The notes under the pieces were generated by a model. It ran no database searches. It saw nothing but the letters and a program-made list of their open reading frames with translations, and was not told the origin of the DNA. The translations under genes were made by a program, and so were the position numbers. From NCBI GenBank assembly GCA_045837725.1, contig JBEWZL010000081.1:62001-101256 (forward strand): a DNA stretch of 39,256 nt, written 5' to 3'. This stretch comes from Vermamoeba vermiformis (lineage: Eukaryota). Each line of letters opens with the position of its first letter. Positions within the stretch are counted from its first letter, which is position 1. This document shows, in pieces, positions 11,779-28,324 of the stretch.

Positions 11779-14700
11779 TTATTTCGTGTCCTTAACAGCT
11801 TGAGCAATCATCGCAATATTATGTTCTAACAGCCTGTGCAAAGATCTCTTGTAGTACACGATTGATTTTTGCACCAAACTTGCAAATTGATTATTAGCGA
11901 TCATTTGTTCCTCTTCCTGCAAGGTGTTAAAACAAAATAATACAAAACATAGGAAACTCTTACCTGCTTCATCTCGCTGAGTCCTAATGACCCGGCAATG
12001 CCCTCCAACATGGCTTGCAAATTGTTCAACACTTCAGTACTGCTCGTAATGTCGTCCAAATCAGTCACGGCGTCAATTTCATCTTCGTCGCTGTAACACA
12101 CGCGCAGCACTTGAATCAACTTCGGCGATAATGAATTTGGACGGAGTTTGTTGCTAGGACTAAATTTGTTGAATAAGAAAGGTTTCAGTGAACGGATGCG
12201 AGATCCAGATCTTACCTCAACATTCGCTCGCGGATTATTTGTTGCTTTTTTCCTCCCAAGTCTTCAGGCATATCAATATCAATAGGGAATGTGTCTTGAG
12301 GGTTTCCAAGAATCACCGCGCCAAAATGCAGCATGAGCGAAGTGTTGTCTCGGCCTCCAAAATTCGATATATACGTCTATTAGGAATATTAATAATGTCT
12401 TATTAAGGACGTATTGTTTTCGTGCCTGTCCTTGTGATTGCAAGTAAGTGATTGGAATTGAACTTTTGAGCAACAGGTTGTCGCTAGTGTCGTAATTATA
12501 GACCACCGCGCAATGTTCGTTGAATAAATTTGGCGGGAAAACAGGGATCCAAGTCAATTGCACGATGAATTCTTCGTACTCTTGCTCGTGTTCGACGCGT
12601 TTAACCTTTTTAGGAAATCTTTCGGCCATCATCTGCACGAGCGAGTACGCCCATTTAAAGGACTCTAATGTGTAGTTATCGTCGAATAATTCTGGAATTT
12701 CTTGCTTAATTGCATCGACTACGGAAAATTGTTGTTCCAGATCCTCTTGTAGTTCACGTGCATCCACTACAAAATACAATTAATCTCATTTTCAAACAAG
12801 TACGTGCGGAATTTATCATACCTGCTAAGGGGGTGTCGCCCAGCATTTCTAAATCTGATTCTTCGAGGAACAAACCATTGGGGATCCGTTCGGGGATGAG
12901 ATCTGGCAAACAAAATCATCAAATATTATTCCAATTATTTTAATATCAGATCGCCCTACCTAAGAACTCCTTCCAAACAGAATTTGAATTCTTTTGTTTG
13001 ATTAAAAATAAAGCGATCAAAATCTCCGGATCCAGTTCGATTCCGTTTTCAGCGACTAATTCTCCGAAACTAGTGCTCATAATAGTATCAACCGATATTA
13101 AGTATTGACTAGGTACTTCGAATAGTGTGTTATCGCTATTGTTATCTTTTTTCGTGAATTTGCTTTGCCATTGCGCTAACTTCGATTTGTCAATCATTTC
13201 CAATAAAGGAAATACGAAATTGTCTCTCGGTTGGAATTCTTTTGAAGCTGATAAACTAGTCAAATATGAATCTCGCTTAACAGTGATTAATCTAGTCGCC
13301 TCTAGTAAGATCTGTCGTTGTTCGAGTCTGTATTGAACAGCCATTCGTTTTCTATACTCTAAATCCTTATTTTTCAATAAATTTTCATCTTCCTAATGAA
13401 AAAAGTTAATAATAAATAAAATCGAAAAAGTTTTTTTTACCTCGTTTGTGGATCCGTTAATGCGTTGCAATCTTGTCTTCAGCAAGTCCAATAATGTTGA
13501 AAATACTAACAACTCGTTTCTCACGCTAATAATCTCGCTTTGAGGGGTGTAAAAGTACACTTCGTCTTCGTTCATCAAACAAATTCTCATCGCGCCAAAT
13601 AACGACTCGGGAATTGCATTCTGTGTCATATGGTGACGCAAACTAATTTAAATATTAATATTATTGTCCTTTAATATAGATAATAATCTATTTTACCCTA
13701 ATTTCTTGCTGCGTAACAGTCTAATTTTTTCTTGTCTGAATGGATCGTTTTGATGAATTCCGATTTGCAGCCAATAAGTGTTATATTCGTTATTATCCAT
13801 AATAAATCCATAAGACAACATCAATGCCTCGTTAGACTTGGTACCGTAATTGCTACAGACCTAAAAATAGCAACATCGTTAAACTGAGAAATTATTCCTA
13901 ATTTAGTAATTACTTACTTGATTGCCCTGCTTGACAGGATCATATGTAACTTCGAAGAATAGGCTATCGGAACTTTTCACCGCCGAGAAATGTGCCTGGA
14001 TCCGACTTAGTAAATTTCGAATATTTAACAATACAAAACTTACGTGAACGTCAGCGTGATGATTCATGCTGTCACCATAAGGTACCAAACAAGGCACAGT
14101 ACCTTCATCGTCCTCGTCATAGTACAAGTTGGTAGTGTCTTCCACTTGACCCTTTTCAAACATGTGTTGATTGGGTTCACTTTGTGGCATTGACTTTGGT
14201 TTAGTTTTGACTCCAAATGATCGTGAGGCATATAGAGTATGCACCCACTTCACTTCGTCGATTGTAACGAGCGGATCCACTTGCTTCAACAAATTTGTAA
14301 CGTAATCGAGCAACAAATTTACTTGAATAGTTCCCTCTATCAAAAATATTATAATAAAATTCTTAGTATTTGTATAATGTCGATTACCGTATAAATTAGT
14401 TCCCTTAATTTCCTCCAGCTCTTCTTCTGTCCAATAAATCGTCGAATCAAATGACTTTGGAATCATATCTAAGAGTTGTTCGTTAATATAGCTCGTATCT
14501 CCATATTTAATATGTACCTATATAAGGTTTCCAAAGACTGTCAGGCTTTCTGCTTTCTTTAATGAATGCCCAATACGCCAAAACTAATTCAGAATTGATT
14601 TGCAAGTTACTGCTGTTTTGAACGACCAAATGAGATTGATGACCAATAGATTTGACGCTGAATATTTCGGGGAATTTTTTTGTGAGCTCTTCTCGCAAAG

Positions 14701-15241
14701 GGTTTGTGAGATCAGGCTGAAAGTGTGGATGGAACAAAAGTTTGAACGGGATCCACAACTCTAACATGATAGTTCCCTCGTCAGACTAAAAATTACATTA
14801 GTAAAGTCGTATTTATGAGCACGATACTACCCTTTGTTTTTTTACAGGCCGATCGTCTCCATCGTTCGAAGTTGGTACGAGATCATGCTTTAGGTATTTA
14901 CGCGCAACATTTGCATCGCCATCAAATATTAAAGCAGCATTATTTTCTAAGAAATTTAAGTCAGTAACTATGACAGAACCAAAAAAAAATGATCGATCGC
15001 GTGTGGATCTGACCGTCAAATATTTATTTGTTATTATTAAGGCAATAAATCGCTTGAATGTACGTTATATAACATGTCTATATTAATTTGAATATTTTTA
15101 AAATTATTTGAGCGATAAACACTCGCGGGACGACAGATTCATACCTGATAGTTTTGTCACTTTGACCTCAACGGGCTTCTTTATGCCATTATTAGTTGCC
15201 CACGCTTCAAATGCATCGATTTTTGACTGAAGATCGCTCAT
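11779..15241 (-). CDS. Rubisco-LSMT/SETD3-like protein lysine methyltransferase with two tandem SET + substrate-binding modules
   Basis: Start MSDLQSKIDAFEAWA. Module 1: WKPYI, YWTEEELEEIKGT, YASRSF, LVPYGDSMNHH, NYGTKSNEALMLSYGF, MRICLM, SVRNE. Module 2: WKEFL, FKWAYSLV, NFGGRDNTSLMLHFG, LRVC. Stop at 11779-11781. Confidence 0.82.
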
Positions 15242-15292
15242 TGCTGCCGTGTACTTCGTGATCAAGCAAAAATCAAAGAGAAAATATCTAAA

Positions 15293-16341
15293 ATGAGCGA
15301 TAACACACCTGAAGCGCTTAAAAAACTCGTACAACAGTTGAGTTCAGCTGTTACATACACTGAATCGAGCAACTTCGATACTAATAAGAAGCTTTGGGAC
15401 AACTACGCCAAAGACTGGACACCTGAAGCGGATTTTGTTCAGAAAATGGTTAAAAATCTCCCAGACTTTGACGAAAATAAAAATAAAGCAGATGAGTATT
15501 TAGAACACCTCGGAGAAGAATGGTATGCATTATTGTTAATTTTTTCGGAATTTTTGAATTGATTTTTGATTATTAATTATTTCTGTCTTTTTAGGAGTGA
15601 TAAAAATTCATTCCAACAAGTATTAGAAGAATTTTTATATCCTTATGTTAACGACACAATGGAAATAGCCGAGATCGGATCTGGCGGTGGTAAGTCCAGG
15701 CCTTTGTCTTCGTGCAAACAGGCTATTTTAACTGTAATAATTTTTACTATAGGTCGTGTAGCATCTAGAACCGTTGGTAAGGCTAAACGACTCACTTGCT
15801 TCGACATCTCAGAAGAAATGCTGAAGAAAGCTAAACAGGCCGTTCAAAAGGAGAATCATACCGCTGATTTTGTTCTATTAACTCAATCGAGTCTACCCGC
15901 CAAGTACAAAGAACACTTCGACTTTATCTACAGTTTCGATGTCATGCCGCATCTGGATCTGCATACAATTTGGAAGGTACGAACTTGTTTTAATATTATT
16001 CATATTTTATATCACGTTTTTATCGTTCATTTGAGTTTATAACGCAAAAGAACATTTACTAAGTATGTTGCATCCAGTACGTGAACTCGATCCGCGACTC
16101 CCTCAAGACAGGCGGCAGGGCGCTGATTCATACTGCAAATTTATTAGCACCCCTCGGCTGGAAGAGATTCGCGCAACAAGATAAATACACTGTTGGTGGC
16201 TTTTACTTTATGACCCCTGAAGGGCTGAACATGCTCGTGCAACAAGCAGGCAAATTGAAGATCATTAAGAAATCCGAAGTTGGAGGCGATAATATGTACT
16301 ATAATAGAGACTATTTAATAGTCGTTGAAAAGACAGAATAA
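15293..16341 (+). CDS. Class I SAM-dependent methyltransferase (4 exons)
   Basis: EIGSGGGRVA motif I (split by an intron), CFDISEEML, FDFIYSFDVMPHLD and LKTGGRALIH. Confidence 0.88.
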
Positions 16342-16426
16342 ATCTCAAGAAACTGATTGGATCTTGGCAAATTTTATTGGTCGATCCGAAAATTTATGAT
16401 AAAATACTTCTTTACATTCATTATTA

Positions 16427-18855
16427 TTAGGGCTTAGTGTTAGTAGCAATAGCATCAACTAAGTGCTCATTGGTAGCCAACTCTTGAAGGTTGAATGCAA
16501 TCGATTTGGCCATTTCACCGAGGACTTGTTTGTTGATGTTTGCAACGGTATCGCAAGCTTGGTGATAGCAAGGCTAGTGATCATTCATTAACACGTGCGA
16601 GTTACTTAGAATTAATTATGTTACTTACATCGTACGAAGCACCAGCAAGACCACCGTAACGCTCTGCATCCACGACGGATTTAAGAACTTCGGCACCAGT
16701 GAACAAACCTCCAGCAGGAATACCGTTCTGGTTATATCATTGTCAGTACGGATATATTACTATTAAGTATTCTTACAGCAATGAAAGGTCCGTAGTCAGA
16801 TCGGCCGTCAAACTCAGTCAAGTTGTAAGCCAGGCCCTTGTCGTTGAAGTATTTCTCCCACATTTCTTGCAAGAGACCAGAACCAATTGCAATATTTTCG
16901 GGGCCAGAGCTGCCGTTGTAAATACCGCGGAAGAAGTTGGGTGAGCCTATTTACAAGAGCATTAGAGGCACGTGTACATGTAAGATCTAACGGATCCATT
17001 TCAACGCAACAAAAAGACAAAAGCAACAAATTAGGTTGTTATATTGAAAAGAACTCATAACTTGATATTAGTAAATAATATTATTTACCACTATAGTGGG
17101 AAAAGATTCTTACCAAGCATGTCGTAGTTCAAGTTGAAAGCAATGGTCTTCAACTCTTCAGGATGGTTTGCAACCAAATCACCAACATAGTAAGTAGAGC
17201 CCAACAAGCCAAGCTCCTCAGCGGCCCACCAAGCGAATCGAATTCTGTTCTTCAACTCGATCTTCAACTTGGCAAGGGTCAAGGCGAGCTCCAAGTTGGT
17301 AGCACTGCCGGAACCGTTGTCATTGATTCCAGGACCTATAGCGCATTAAATGTTAGTCTAAGTGCCTTTAAGGTACAGATGGTAATATGTTATGCAATAT
17401 CTCAAGTATTTCTTACCAGCAGGAACGGAATCCAAGTGCGATCCAACAACGATGGTTCGGTTGGCTCTGCCGTCCTTAGTGTCGGCAATGATGTTGTAAG
17501 TAGGAGTAGAAATTAAGCTAGTGTTAACGCTGAGGCTCAAAGTCACGGTCTGATTTTCGGCCAACAATTGTTGCAAGATGTTGCCCAAACTGGTCGAGAC
17601 AGTGACCACTGCATACAAAGCATTAGTATTGCTATTAGCACAACACACGGGGTGCATATAATGAAATGATAAGGAGTAATGCACAAAGCATCACTTTGGT
17701 ACTCCGGTCGAAATTTGAATCTGCAATCTGACTTACGAGGGAATTTGACCTCGTCGTACTTGTGCCAGTCAAGTCTAGTTCTGTAAGGTCCAGCGACACC
17801 AGGGTTGTTGTTAGCAATCAACAAGCCACCAGCGTTAGCAGCAGTAGCGTTGCCAACAATGTTGACAGTGAGGCAAGTTGATCTAGTTACGAGAGCTATG
17901 TCACCAGCAGTGAAACCCTTTTCGGTGTATCTCTCTTGGCTGCATCCGTCACCAACTAAATATAACGTATTCAGTAAGAGGAGCGTCCATTAAGCCTCAG
18001 ATACTAGCAGGTCACACGCATCTGAGCTAAATCCGGTGTTGGTTCGTACCGTAAACGAGCTTCTTGGCCGTAACTACACCACCGAATGAGTACACAATAG
18101 GAGTGAAATCAGCAGGATAGTTCCATGAGAATTGAACGGGTTGGTTTTGGATCATTTCAGCACTAAGAACGCTCCAGCTTGGCGCAGTGAAGTACTGCAC
18201 GACTGGTTCATAGCCTGCTGCGCGTAACTGTGAGAGCACATACTCGCCTAATATGAATGATTAGTCATCGAAATCAACGGTTGGAAAATCAAACGGAAAA
18301 GTTCTCGCGATCCTACATACCTGACGCGTTAAATCCGGCTGTTCCCATCGCGCGATTGCCTCCACCAATATTGTATGCAATATCTTGTAGTTGTTTCTAT
18401 TACAATAAAAGATCGTGAGTCCATTTGAAGGCATGATTGAGTGGGTAAGGCGAATCTTACCAGATGACCCATAACATTTTCAACATCGACTGCGTTCGTC
18501 CAAGCATTAATGTCATCAGACTTAGGTCTTAATGTAACAATAAGGACAACGATAACAACGATCAGGACAACAATAAGTGCAACGAGACCGATCAACCAAA
18601 ACTTTTTCTTGCGTTGTCGTTCATGTCTCTAAATTAACATCCATTAATTAATTAATTATAATATTTATGCGGGCAACAGTTCTTATTTAATTATGGATAA
18701 ATTGCGATATTTTTGGCATTTATTGGATTTGGCAAGAGAATCTTCTTTAAGCATCAAAATATGCAGTAGTTGGTTATTTTTTATATTAAGCATACCAGGT
18801 TATCACTTGAGCCAATAATGGGTTCGTCTTCCAAATCAGTGGGAAGATTCGACAT
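16427..18855 (-). CDS. M28 family aminopeptidase with PA domain and N-terminal type II membrane anchor
   Basis: Start MSNLPTDLEDEPII. TM WLIGLVALIVVLIVVIVVLIV. Zn-ligand motifs GSHLDSVPAGPGINDNGSGS, WWAAEELGLLGS, LNYDMLGSPN, DGRSDYGPF, GLFTGAE and YHQACD. Confidence 0.92.
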
Positions 18856-19391
18856 GTCTTGTTACAGCTGAATACTAATCAATAAATAATCGATACTATG
18901 CACTGATCGATGTTGTGTATCAATGCCGATCCAAAACACGAATAATCGAACAGCACAACAGAAAAAAGCTCGATCGAAAATTCGAACCAAATTTCTCGCT
19001 TCTCCCTCGTGCGTTCTCATCAATATTGCCTTTTAAGAATAGTATCACTGTCTGTATAATGTACCCTTGGGGATAAAGAAAAAGGTAACTTTGTAACGGT
19101 CAACTGGTGTTTGCTTTTTCATGAACGAGGACGATTTATTTTTGAAACGAGCTGGAATAGGAAACCACATTAACAACTTCAAATTACATATTTGCTGTTG
19201 TTTGTACAATAATAATCAAGTGCTGATATGATTGTACGGTGTAAGTGCAAGATTTGACACGATCTACAACTTAGCTTATTGAGTCCCGCTGCGTTTAAAC
19301 AAAATTATAAATACTTTAAATATATACCGCACAATCATAGTATTATTTAAATATATTAATCGAATTTCTCTTCAGGGTTGTAATATTTCAG

Positions 19392-21498
19392 ATGATGCAG
19401 ACTTGCAGAGCAGGCCAGAAGGTGGCTTCACGAGTAAGGATTTGATTTTAATGATGTAACATCGATGTAATATTTAATATAATAGGTAATTACAACGCGC
19501 TCTGTGTTGAACGCAGCAAACTCAATGCTTAGATCGCAAAAATCAAAAAAAATTAATTCGAATTGCCGGTATCGTAAGTATTATTAAAATAATACTATTA
19601 GCATCTCCGATCGTGCAATATTTTAAAAAATTCATTATTGCCGTTTATTTTCTCTAATCTGATCAACTCTTTGCTCGCAGGTTTTTATTCAACCGACAAA
19701 CCAGAAGATTCAAGCACGAATGGCACATTGACCTATGAATATTTGAAGAATTTATCGCACGTGCCAAGACCTCTGCAGATCGCTCATTTATTGCAGCAAG
19801 ATCTGCCTTATTTAATCAAATCAAATGCACCAGAGGAACAAGTGACGCACGCTTTTGAAAAATTATTGGAAATAGGATGTGCCACAATATATAGCTATAC
19901 AATTACGATATCTTATTTGGCAAAACGTGGACGAGCAGATCTGGCTTTGGAATATTGGAATCATTTAAAACAACAGGGTAACTATAAAAATCGCCAAAAT
20001 ACTAGTATTATTTTATTAATAGTCCGTTATAGATATTCGGCCCAATGAGCGAACGTACAGTGCAATAATTTCGGCTGTGTGTAGAAGCGGAGATCTTGCC
20101 AAGGCCGAAGAGCTGTTAAAAGAGGCATTAGAACAAAAAATTAGGAACAAAACGCAGTTATATAAGACAGTATTAATGGACTATTTCTTTTTCAATCGTG
20201 GATTGGACCCCGAAGGAATTTCTCGCGCGGAAAAACTTTTCTTAGAATCTCTGTCCTGCGAAGCCGATGAAGCAAACAAATTGGAGATGTTTGAAGTCAT
20301 GGCAAAGCTATATGCTAAGAACGGCTTGACTAAGAAGATCACGCTGTTGTTAAGTGAACTCACCAAGCGCAGCATCCAGCCAACAGTCAACTTTATGAAC
20401 TCGCTGATGGAAGTCTATTTGCACGACGATAATATGACCGATGCAATGCTGGTCTTCTCGACGTTCTCGACATTCAAATTGACACCCAACGCTATCACTT
20501 ACAGCATATTGTTGCTCAAGTTGTTGAAACATGCCAAGGCTAACAATTACGCGCCAGATAAGGAAAATGACGAAAAAATTGAAGCAATATTTAAAGTGAT
20601 GCGCTCAACGATCAAAGACACGCACCATAGCAAGTCAGCATATACAGATATGATACAGTATTATTTCATGCGAGACATGCCCAAAAAAGGAAACGAAGTC
20701 TTCGATCTGATGCGGAACAATGGCCTTGCAGACGTGATTGCGTACAATGTAATGATCGACTACTATCGTGAAGTTGACATCGAGTACGCATTCACGCTGT
20801 TCGATGAAATGTTGGCAAAGAATATCGCACCAAATATGATCACGTATTTGCTGCTGATCGATTACTACTGCAAAGTTAATCAAATCGACGAAGCCTTTGA
20901 TTTGTTATCAAAAGCCAAAGCGAGAAACCTTCACCCTAATGTCGCGACATATACCACGTTGATCGACTATTTAGGCAAAACAAATCGATACGATCGAATA
21001 GAACTCTTGCTGAAGGAAATGATCGAAGTTGGTGTCAATCCTAATGAACACACATTTGCAGTCTTGGTCAACAACTTGATCCGCACCAAGAAGTTCGCGA
21101 AGGCTTACATGTTCGCGAAAGAAATGAAGAAGTTTGGTTTGCGGCCGAATCGAGTAGTCTACACGACGTTATTCGATGGCATATTGAACAATGTTGAAGC
21201 TGCTTCACCACACGCAGATTCATTCATCAAATTGGTGCAAAGTAATCAGGAAGAGTACCCGCTAGACGAAGCAGTCAAATATTACGCAGAACGAAGAAAA
21301 AATCAACGAATCATTGCGCTTTGGAAGATGCTCGATGAATATGGACTGGAACTGAGTGAAGAAACTGAAGAATTTTTGCATGATCTGCTCAACAAAGACG
21401 AGAACGAGCGCGAGACTAAGAAAGAGACGGAAACGAGTACGGAGCCAGAAGAAGATAGAAACTATTATAGAAATGTTCCTGTTCCGAATTTCAGGTAA
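19392..21498 (+). CDS. Pentatricopeptide repeat (PPR) protein, probably mitochondrial
   Basis: Repeated 35-aa units (PNAITYSILL, DVIAYNVMIDYY, PNMITYLLLIDYYCK, PNVATYTTLIDYLGK, PNEHTFAVLV, PNRVVYTTLF). Two short 5' exons encode a basic, acid-free presequence (MMQTCRAGQKVASRVITTRSVL...). Confidence 0.88.
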
Positions 21499-21548
21499 AA
21501 TAAAGTGCCCAAAAGTTCACTTTACCAAAGAAGGAAATTTTGTTTTAT

Positions 21549-22833
21549 TTACAAATAGTTTTTGGCTTTGCACAACTCCGCAGCTAAAATAGCACCGCCA
21601 GCAGCTCCTAGTACTGTATTGTGCGACAAGACAGTGAACTTGACGTCTAATAGCGGGCATTCACGAATACGACCCACACTGACGGAATAACCATTGCCTA
21701 AGTGTCTGTCGAGACGTGGCTGAGGTCTGTCTTGTTGATTCAGCACGACAATCGACTTTTGCGGCGCTGAAGGCAATTTGAGTTGTTGAGCTTCAGAGGT
21801 GTATTCTTGCAGCACTTTTTTCACTTGATCGATCGATGGCTTGGACTTTAGTTTTACCGACACTGATTCGGTATGACCGTCCAGCACGTGCACGCGGTTA
21901 CATTGTGCACTTATTTTAATATCTGCGTATGTGAACTGTTTTTGTTTTGAAGTTTCATCTGTTGTTATTTGACCTAAAATCTTCAGTGGCTCAATTTCCA
22001 TTTTTTCTTCTTCGCCGCTGATGTACGGCACAACGTTATCGAGAATATCCAACGACGCAACACCTGCGAGCAATCAGTATTGATTCGTCGCCATGCGAAT
22101 TGGAAGTAATTACCAGGATAACCAGCGCCACTGATCGCTTGCATTGTTACAACAAAAACTTTTTCGACACCGAAGGCGTCATCTAGCGCCTTTAAAGGCA
22201 CGACTAGACCAGCAGTGGAACAGTTGCAGTTCGTCACAATAAATCCTCGTCCCTCGCCCCGTGATTTGAGCTGGTGGTCGATGATGTCTAAGTGCGAGGC
22301 ATTGACCAAAGGCACGACCATAGGCACATCTGACGCGAGTCTGTGGTTCTTGGCGTTGGAAATGACATGAATACCCACTAAGAACGTCGTTAATTTTCAA
22401 CATTACCTCACGTTGAGTGTCTACCTTTAGCAAAATCTTCTTCGATAGTGCCTGCTATGCTCGCATCCAGAGCTGAAAACACGAGTTGACACTTCGACAG
22501 CTGGCCGCTTGGTAGAGGCTTGCATTCTTCAAGAATAAGAGGGGCTATATTTTCTGGAATAGGTGTCGATAACTTCCAATTAACAGCGGCTTCATAAGAT
22601 TTTCCCTGTGATTTTTCAGACGCGCCGAGTGCAGTGATCTCGAACCAAGGATGATTCTCGAGCAATTGAATAAATCTATTTTTACGAATAAGTACCATTA
22701 TTTTTACGCCCTTTTATTGCGTTTACAAATCATGATTTTTAATGAATTAATTTTTAATATTTTGGTAAATTTTTCCTTACCTTTGACCAACCGTTCCGGT
22801 AGCACCGAGAATACCGACTTTAACCTTGCTCAT
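21549..22833 (-). CDS. asd: Aspartate-semialdehyde dehydrogenase (fungal HOM2/archaeal-like type)
   Basis: [31 protein letters not shown], catalytic [37 protein letters not shown] and [10 protein letters not shown]. Confidence 0.95.
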
Positions 22834-23023
22834 CTTATGTGTAGTATTCAAAAAGCTTGTAACGTCAACCAAGAGAGTCGTTGTTGTTACAATTTAGTGG
22901 TCTGAAAGTTGAAGGAAAATTAAACCCAGGAAGATTGCGCTGATTTTAATTCTAATTTATTTAATCTACCACAGCACCTCAGCTAACAGTCTTATTTTTC
23001 ATTCTTTTGCTGACAGAAGCGAA

Positions 23024-25972
<2,949 letters not shown>

Positions 25973-26069
25973 GACCTATTCACAAGTATTTATTCCTCTG
26001 TATATACAAAACTGACTTTAAACGAAAGTCAAAACTCAAAATTGTTCGAAATAAACGACCGAAGTTCAT

Positions 26070-27689
26070 TTACAACTTGGCCTTTTGATAGTAAAGAGGC
26101 TTGTCGCCATTCTCCTCAACGATATGTTTCGGAGTAGTAGCGTTCTTATTAATCGTAGGAAGTTTGACCTTTTTTTGAGAAGGATTTGTGTCGAGCTTTG
26201 GAGCTGGATCTTGCATCTTGGGCTGCTTTAAGTTGCCAGCAGCTGCGAGGACATAAAAATTATCGCATTTGAGTAATATTATAAAACATTTATTCACAAA
26301 AATTAAAAATTATTCGAAAAGGTCATTTAGGCCTCGATTTTCTTCTTCGTACCTTCTTCCTCAGCGATGATTTGTTTCTCTGACGGAGTTGTTTCGGTGC
26401 CCAAAACTTTGTCCTTCACGGTAGTGGCAGCGTGAACGACTGTGTCCTTGATAGATTCGAGACCTTCTTTAGCCTTCTCAATAATAGACTGAGGCTCGCC
26501 TTCGATTGGTTCTTCGGTGACGATTTCTTGACGACCAACTTCGATGCGCTCAGGGCGGTTTTGAACTGTGAGGTCGCTTTCTTTAATGGTTTCAGCAGGT
26601 TCACCTTCAATAGTTTCTTCAATCTTTTGTTCAGTGTTGCCGAGCCATGAACCAACACGTTCCTTGAGCGACTCCAATCCTTCGCGAGCCTTCTCGAGAA
26701 GCGACGCGCTTTGTTCCTTTGTAGTTTCGACAGTTTCAGTAGTCTTGTCTTTGGCTGATTCGTAAGTCTCGACAGTCTTGTCCTTGGCAGTTTCGTAGCC
26801 GCTCTTAACTGTTTCGACAGCTTGTTCAGCCTTCTCGCTTGATTTCTCTGCAGCGACGCCCAATGTTTCTTTAATGCCGTCCTTCCACTCGCCAAGCTTC
26901 TCGACGACTTGGTCCTTAATGTGGACGACACCTTCTGAAACATCGTGCGCTTTCTCGGCAACGTAGTCCTTGGCATCGACGACTTTCCCAACGACTTGGT
27001 CCTTGATGTTAACGGCGCCTTCCTTCACATCTTCAACTTTCTCGGCAACGAAGCCCTTGGCTTGATCGGCCTTCTCGCCAGCGTATTCCTTGACGTCTTC
27101 GGCCTTGTCAGCAACGTAGTCCTTGGCATCGACGGCCTTTTCCTTGAGTTGTTGACCCTTCTCCAAAGCGGCCTCCTTGAGGTCTTGGCCCTTCTCGACG
27201 GCCTTGTCCTTGAGTTGCTTGGCGTCTTGTTTGAGTTCTTCGCCCTTCAATTCGGCCTTGTCCTTCAAGCGTTGAGCCTCGAGCGAGATTTCGCTAGAAA
27301 CATCACTGCGGGTAGCGACGGGTTCACGGGCCTAATGATATAAGAAAATTTAGTGAGTTTAAGCTCAGATCGGAACAACTTAATAATTGCATTTTGAAAA
27401 TTTTGCTTACCTCAGGCAATCCAGAGGAAGAGAAAGTGACCTTTTCTTGGGGCATAACAGCCTTGATATCCTTGACGATTTCAGGCTCGACTTCCTTTTG
27501 TTTTTCGTAGTCTTCAGCGTTTTGTTCAATTTGTTCCTTTACGGCATCTGCGAAGCTCTTCTTTTGATCATTGAAATCCTTCTCGACTGTTTCGGCAATC
27601 TCGACGAGCTTTTCTTCGGCAATATCGGGAACACCCTTAGGCTTGACGATACCCAAAGCAGGAGCGTGAGTTTGTTCTTGAGCGGACAT
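26070..27689 (-). CDS. LEA (group 3-like) hydrophilic repeat protein, with short (stop 26327) or spliced long (stop 26070) C-terminus
   Basis: Exon 27411-27689, intron 27332-27410, exon 2 rich in K/E/A/D 11-mer repeats (AKDYVADKAED, VKDQVVGKVVD, YETAKDKTVET). An optional intron 26243-26352 joins in frame to exon 26070-26242. Confidence 0.8.
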
Positions 27690-28324
27690 GTTTTTAGTTG
27701 TTGTTATTGGTTTTGTTTGTTAAATTGAATTGATTAAAAGTCGCTTCGATTTGAGTATTTGTAGTTGCAATCGTGTACACAAGACTCTTAATTTAAATGA
27801 AATTTCAGCTACTTTTGTGAGTAATTTCCGGATGCACGCTTTTTGTCTTCCACCTCGCGCGCTAATTTTGAAAATTGCTATAAAACTCATAAGAATACCG
27901 TGGTTTGGTCGTAAAAATTTGCCTTGCTGTCAACGCCGAATGGTTGTTGGTAATGTCGTAGTAATTTTTTTTACTTCAGTATTTTTGATATTCCCACACA
28001 GCTGCTATGTCAATTAAACTCGAACCCTTGTTAGGAATTATGGCTGTACAATTTACTTGACTTTTTGGACGTAATTATTGTTGCAAGCAAGAGTTGTTTG
28101 GAGGTCGAGATTGCTTTTTGATCAAATCAGATCGAAGACTGCGGTAATTAGAATATTGCATATTACTGATGATAAATAACTTGATAATAATATAAATTCA
28201 ATAGCGTGTTCTTATTCTTCAACCATGTTCATAATTTAATTCTGAACTTCGAACATTTTGTTCCCAAAAAATCTTGCGATTCGCTCCACGTTCCTAATTA
28301 ATTCGCCGTACATAGCACAACCAC

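Noticed and set aside
6266..16341. Functional chromatin/methylation cluster (SET, SNF2, double SET, MTase)
   Set aside because: Unrelated families with different likely substrates. Adjacency in a gene-dense genome is not evidence of a shared system.
26416..27343. Alternative-frame and antisense ORFs over the LEA gene
   Set aside because: Expected shadows of a repetitive, codon-biased coding sequence.
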